45,918 nt of DNA from an uncultured Gammaproteobacteria bacterium. GTDB taxonomy: Bacteria > Pseudomonadota > Gammaproteobacteria > Magnimaribacterales > D2472. The notes beneath the pieces are model-generated. The model saw only the letters and a list, made by a program, of their open reading frames with translations, did no database searches and was not told the origin of the DNA. Within the stretch, counting starts at the first letter, position 1; each line of letters begins with the position of its first letter. This document shows, one piece after another, positions 43,048 to 45,918 of this stretch. A program made the position numbers and the translations under genes. The stretch lies in the NCBI GenBank assembly GCA_964469915.1, contig CAYXZT010000002.1, forward strand, positions 1 to 45,918, given 5' to 3'.

Positions 43048-43050
43048 GCA

Positions 43051-43587
43051 ATGATAGAACTCACCCCTCTCGCAAGACCATATGCTAAAGCATTATTTGC
43101 TTCCGCGCTTGAGTCAGGCAATTTAGAGAACATGGCTGATGAGCTTAAGATAATGGCTATAGCATCAGAGTCAAAAGAGGTGATAGGTACCATTGAAAAC
43201 CCTGTTTTATCTAGACAGGAAGTTGTTGATATTTTGGTTAATCTTTTTGCTGATAGTATTACAGACACATCGAAAAAACTCCTTTCTATATTGGCTGACA
43301 ATAAAAGATTAAATCTTTTACATTCAATATATTCGATATATCAAGAGCTACTAGAAAAACATAAAGACCAAAACTCTATAGAGGTGTTTGTTGCAACAGA
43401 CCCGAGTCCTGAAGCCAAAGAGAGCATTGAGGCAAAACTTAAAAGCTCTTATGGCAAAGACGCAAATATATATTTTTCAAAAGACCCAAAAATGATGGGC
43501 GGCTTATCTATTAAGGTAGGTGACGAAACTTTAGACCTTTCTATAAAAGGAAAGGTTAACAAACTTGTAAACCAATTAAATTTTTAA
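43051..43587 (+). CDS. atpH: F0F1 ATP synthase subunit delta
   Basis: 178 aa OSCP/delta-like protein (LARPYAKALF ..., C-terminal GGLSIKVGDETLDLSIKGKV). Confidence 0.9.
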   Translation: MIELTPLARPYAKALFASALESGNLENMADELKIMAIASESKEVIGTIENPVLSRQEVVDILVNLFADSITDTSKKLLSILADNKRLNLLHSIYSIYQELLEKHKDQNSIEVFVATDPSPEAKESIEAKLKSSYGKDANIYFSKDPKMMGGLSIKVGDETLDLSIKGKVNKLVNQLNF

Positions 43588-43596
43588 GGTGAAAAA

Positions 43597-45141
43597 ATGA
43601 GTCAATTAAATCCATCAGAAATCTCCAGCGTACTAAAGGAAAAAATCGCTGGGCTTGATCTTTCAGCAGAAAGAAAAAATGAAGGCATTATCGTCAGCGT
43701 CTCTGATGGTATTGTAAGAATACATGGCATGGGAGATGTTATGTATGGTGAAGTTATCGAATTTGAAAATGGCACTAAAGGAATGGCTCTAAACTTAGAG
43801 CAGGATTCAGTAGGTGCTGTTGTTCTTGGTGACTATCTGGAGCTTGTAGAAGGTCAAAAAGCAGTATGTACAGGCAAGGTTTTAGAGGTTCCTGTTGGAG
43901 AGGCACTTTTAGGAAGAGTCGTAAATACTCTTGGTGCACCAATAGATGGAAAAGGAGAAATCAAAGCAGAAGGCACAGCTCCTGTTGAGGTTGTTGCTCC
44001 AGGTGTTATCGCTCGACAGTCAGTTGATCAACCAGTTCAAATCGGGCTAAAGGCTGTTGATGCCATGGTGCCAATAGGTAGAGGTCAAAGAGAACTTATT
44101 ATTGGTGACAGACAAACAGGTAAAACAGCAGTAGCGATTGATGCAATTATTAACCAGAAGGGAACAGGGGTTAAGTGTATATATGTTGCTATAGGTCAAA
44201 AACAATCAACAGTAGCAAACGTTGTAAGAAAGCTTGAAGAGTATGGCGCTATGGATCACACCATAGTTGTTTCTGCTACAGCAGCTGACCCAGCTCCAAT
44301 GCAGTATTTGTCTGCTTATTCTGGTTGCTCAATGGGCGAGTATTTCAGAGACAAGGGCGAGGATGCTCTTATCGTTTATGACGATCTTTCAAAACAAGCG
44401 GTTGCATATAGACAGGTATCTTTACTTCTTAAGAGGCCTCCTGGAAGGGAAGCATATCCTGGAGATGTTTTCTATCTTCATTCAAGATTACTAGAAAGAG
44501 CAGCTAGAGTTAATGCTGATTATGTAGAACAAGTCACTGGCGGAAAAGTAAAAGGTAAAACAGGATCATTAACAGCATTGCCAATTATTGAGACATTGGC
44601 AGGGGATGTTTCTGCCTTCGTTCCAACAAACGTAATCTCTATTACAGATGGACAAATTTACTTAGAGACGGAATTATTCAATTCTGGTATTAGGCCAGCT
44701 ATTAACCCAGGCTTATCTGTATCAAGGGTTGGTGGATCTGCACAAACAAAAATAATGAAGAAGCTTGCCGGTGGAGTCAGAACAGCACTAGCCCAGTATC
44801 GTGAACTAGCCGCCTTCTCCCAGTTTGCATCTGACCTTGATGATGCTACCAAGCAACAGCTAGCAAATGGTAAGGCATTTACAGAACTACTTAAGCAGAA
44901 ACAATATGCACCTATGAGTGTTGCTCAACAAGCTCTAAGTTTGTTTGCAGCAGATAGGGGCTATATGGCTGATGTAGAAGTAGAGAAAATATTAGACTTC
45001 GAAGAAGCTCTTCATGGTTATTTAACTGCTGAAAAATCAGAGTTAGAGCAACAAATTAATTCAACAGGTGATTGGAACGACGATATTGAAAGTCAATTCA
45101 CCGCTTTAGTTGAAGACTTTAAAAAAACTCAAACATTTTAA
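43597..45141 (+). CDS. atpA: F0F1 ATP synthase subunit alpha
   Basis: 514 aa with a Walker A motif ([13 protein letters not shown]) and alpha-subunit motifs ([43 protein letters not shown]). Confidence 0.98.
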   Translation: MSQLNPSEISSVLKEKIAGLDLSAERKNEGIIVSVSDGIVRIHGMGDVMYGEVIEFENGTKGMALNLEQDSVGAVVLGDYLELVEGQKAVCTGKVLEVPVGEALLGRVVNTLGAPIDGKGEIKAEGTAPVEVVAPGVIARQSVDQPVQIGLKAVDAMVPIGRGQRELIIGDRQTGKTAVAIDAIINQKGTGVKCIYVAIGQKQSTVANVVRKLEEYGAMDHTIVVSATAADPAPMQYLSAYSGCSMGEYFRDKGEDALIVYDDLSKQAVAYRQVSLLLKRPPGREAYPGDVFYLHSRLLERAARVNADYVEQVTGGKVKGKTGSLTALPIIETLAGDVSAFVPTNVISITDGQIYLETELFNSGIRPAINPGLSVSRVGGSAQTKIMKKLAGGVRTALAQYRELAAFSQFASDLDDATKQQLANGKAFTELLKQKQYAPMSVAQQALSLFAADRGYMADVEVEKILDFEEALHGYLTAEKSELEQQINSTGDWNDDIESQFTALVEDFKKTQTF

Positions 45142-45154
45142 TTAAATATAAATA

Positions 45155-45918
45155 ATGGCTAATACAAAAGAAGTAAGAAAACAGATTGCGAGCATAAAAG
45201 GCACGCAAAAAATTACTTCGGCTATGGAAATGGTTGCAGCGAGTAAAATGAAAAAAACTCAAGACAACATGTTAAAAGGAAGGCCTTATTCTTTGAAAAT
45301 AAAAGATGTTATTACCCACATCGCATCCGCAAGCTCTGAATATCCTCATCCTTTTTATGAAGAGAGATCTCCAAAAAAAGCATGTTTCATAGTTGTATCA
45401 TCTGACAAGGGTTTGTGTGGCGGCTTAAATATTAATTTGTTTAAACAAGTGATTGCTAAATCAGCAGAACTTCATGAGCAAGGCGTTGAATCATGTTTTG
45501 CGCTTATAGGATCTAAAGCACCAGGCTTTTTCAAAAGTGTTGGAGGACAGGTTGTAGGAGTTGCAGAAAAATTAGGTGATAAACCCAATCCTGAAGACTT
45601 AATCGGCCTAACCAAGATTGTTTTAGATATGCATAAAAATGGTGATATTGATCAAGCTTATTTATGTGCAAATAGTTTTGTTAATACAATGACTCAACAG
45701 CCAAATGTAGATCAATTAATACCACTATCACCGGAAGAGCAAAATGAATCTGTCCCAACACAGTGGGATTATATATATGAGCCTGAAGCCAAAGAATTAC
45801 TTGATGGGCTTTTAACCAGATATATCGAGTCATTGGTTTATCAGGCTGTTGTTGAGAACAATGCCTGTGAACAAGCAGCAAAAATGATTGCTATGAAAAA
45901 CGCAACAGATAATGCTGG
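45155..45918 (+). CDS. atpG: F0F1 ATP synthase subunit gamma (5' part; runs off the window end)
   Basis: Not in the supplied track because no stop lies in the window. My translation from the ATG at 45155 is [34 protein letters not shown]...[11 protein letters not shown]...[22 protein letters not shown]. This is canonical gamma subunit sequence, and the frame stays open to the last base. Confidence 0.95.
   Translation, partial: [254 protein letters not shown]

Overview
AT-rich, extremely gene-dense chromosomal window. Intergenic DNA is minimal and many start/stop codons overlap. It covers the replication-origin neighbourhood of a Gram-negative genome, most likely a streamlined gammaproteobacterium. 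Gene order mirrors what I recall of Pseudomonas aeruginosa PAO1 (PA0001-PA0025, PA0105-PA0114, PA5560-PA5570); assignment to a SAR86-like marine lineage is only a guess. Left to right: a partial unknown CDS; a TonB_C-domain secreted protein and polA (-); dsbB, pckA, gshA and a quinone oxidoreductase (+). Then a complete aa3 cytochrome c oxidase structural and assembly cluster (-): SCO1, ctaB, ctaA, a Cys-less ORF, SURF1, coxC, ctaG, coxA, coxB, with a small DUF2909-like ORF on the + strand. Then yheV-aroE-hemF-tsaC-purE (-); def-fmt-trkA-trkH (+); an lpxL-like acyltransferase (-); glyQS-plsC (+); gyrB-recF-dnaN-dnaA (-). Finally rpmH-rnpA-yidC-mnmE-mnmG-rsmG-parA-parB-atpIBEFHA and the start of atpG (+). 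rpmH, the 5' partial CDS and atpG are absent from the supplied ORF track and were found by my own translation. I saw no rRNA, tRNA, CRISPR, IS/transposase, integrase, phage or defence genes, and no discrete novel multi-gene system. The signals most worth a second look are listed here. (1) A sharp bipolar strand-composition and codon-usage anomaly, G+T-rich yidC-mnmE against A+C-rich mnmG-parB, meeting in the mnmE-mnmG spacer. (2) An array of TTATTAAC motifs in that spacer. (3) A perfect DnaA box plus an AT-rich tract between dnaA and rpmH. (4) A near-perfect palindromic parS inside the 3' end of recF. (5) A short GyrB lacking the proteobacterial insertion. (6) A homodimeric-type GlyRS sitting in the slot where Pseudomonas has glyQ-glyS.
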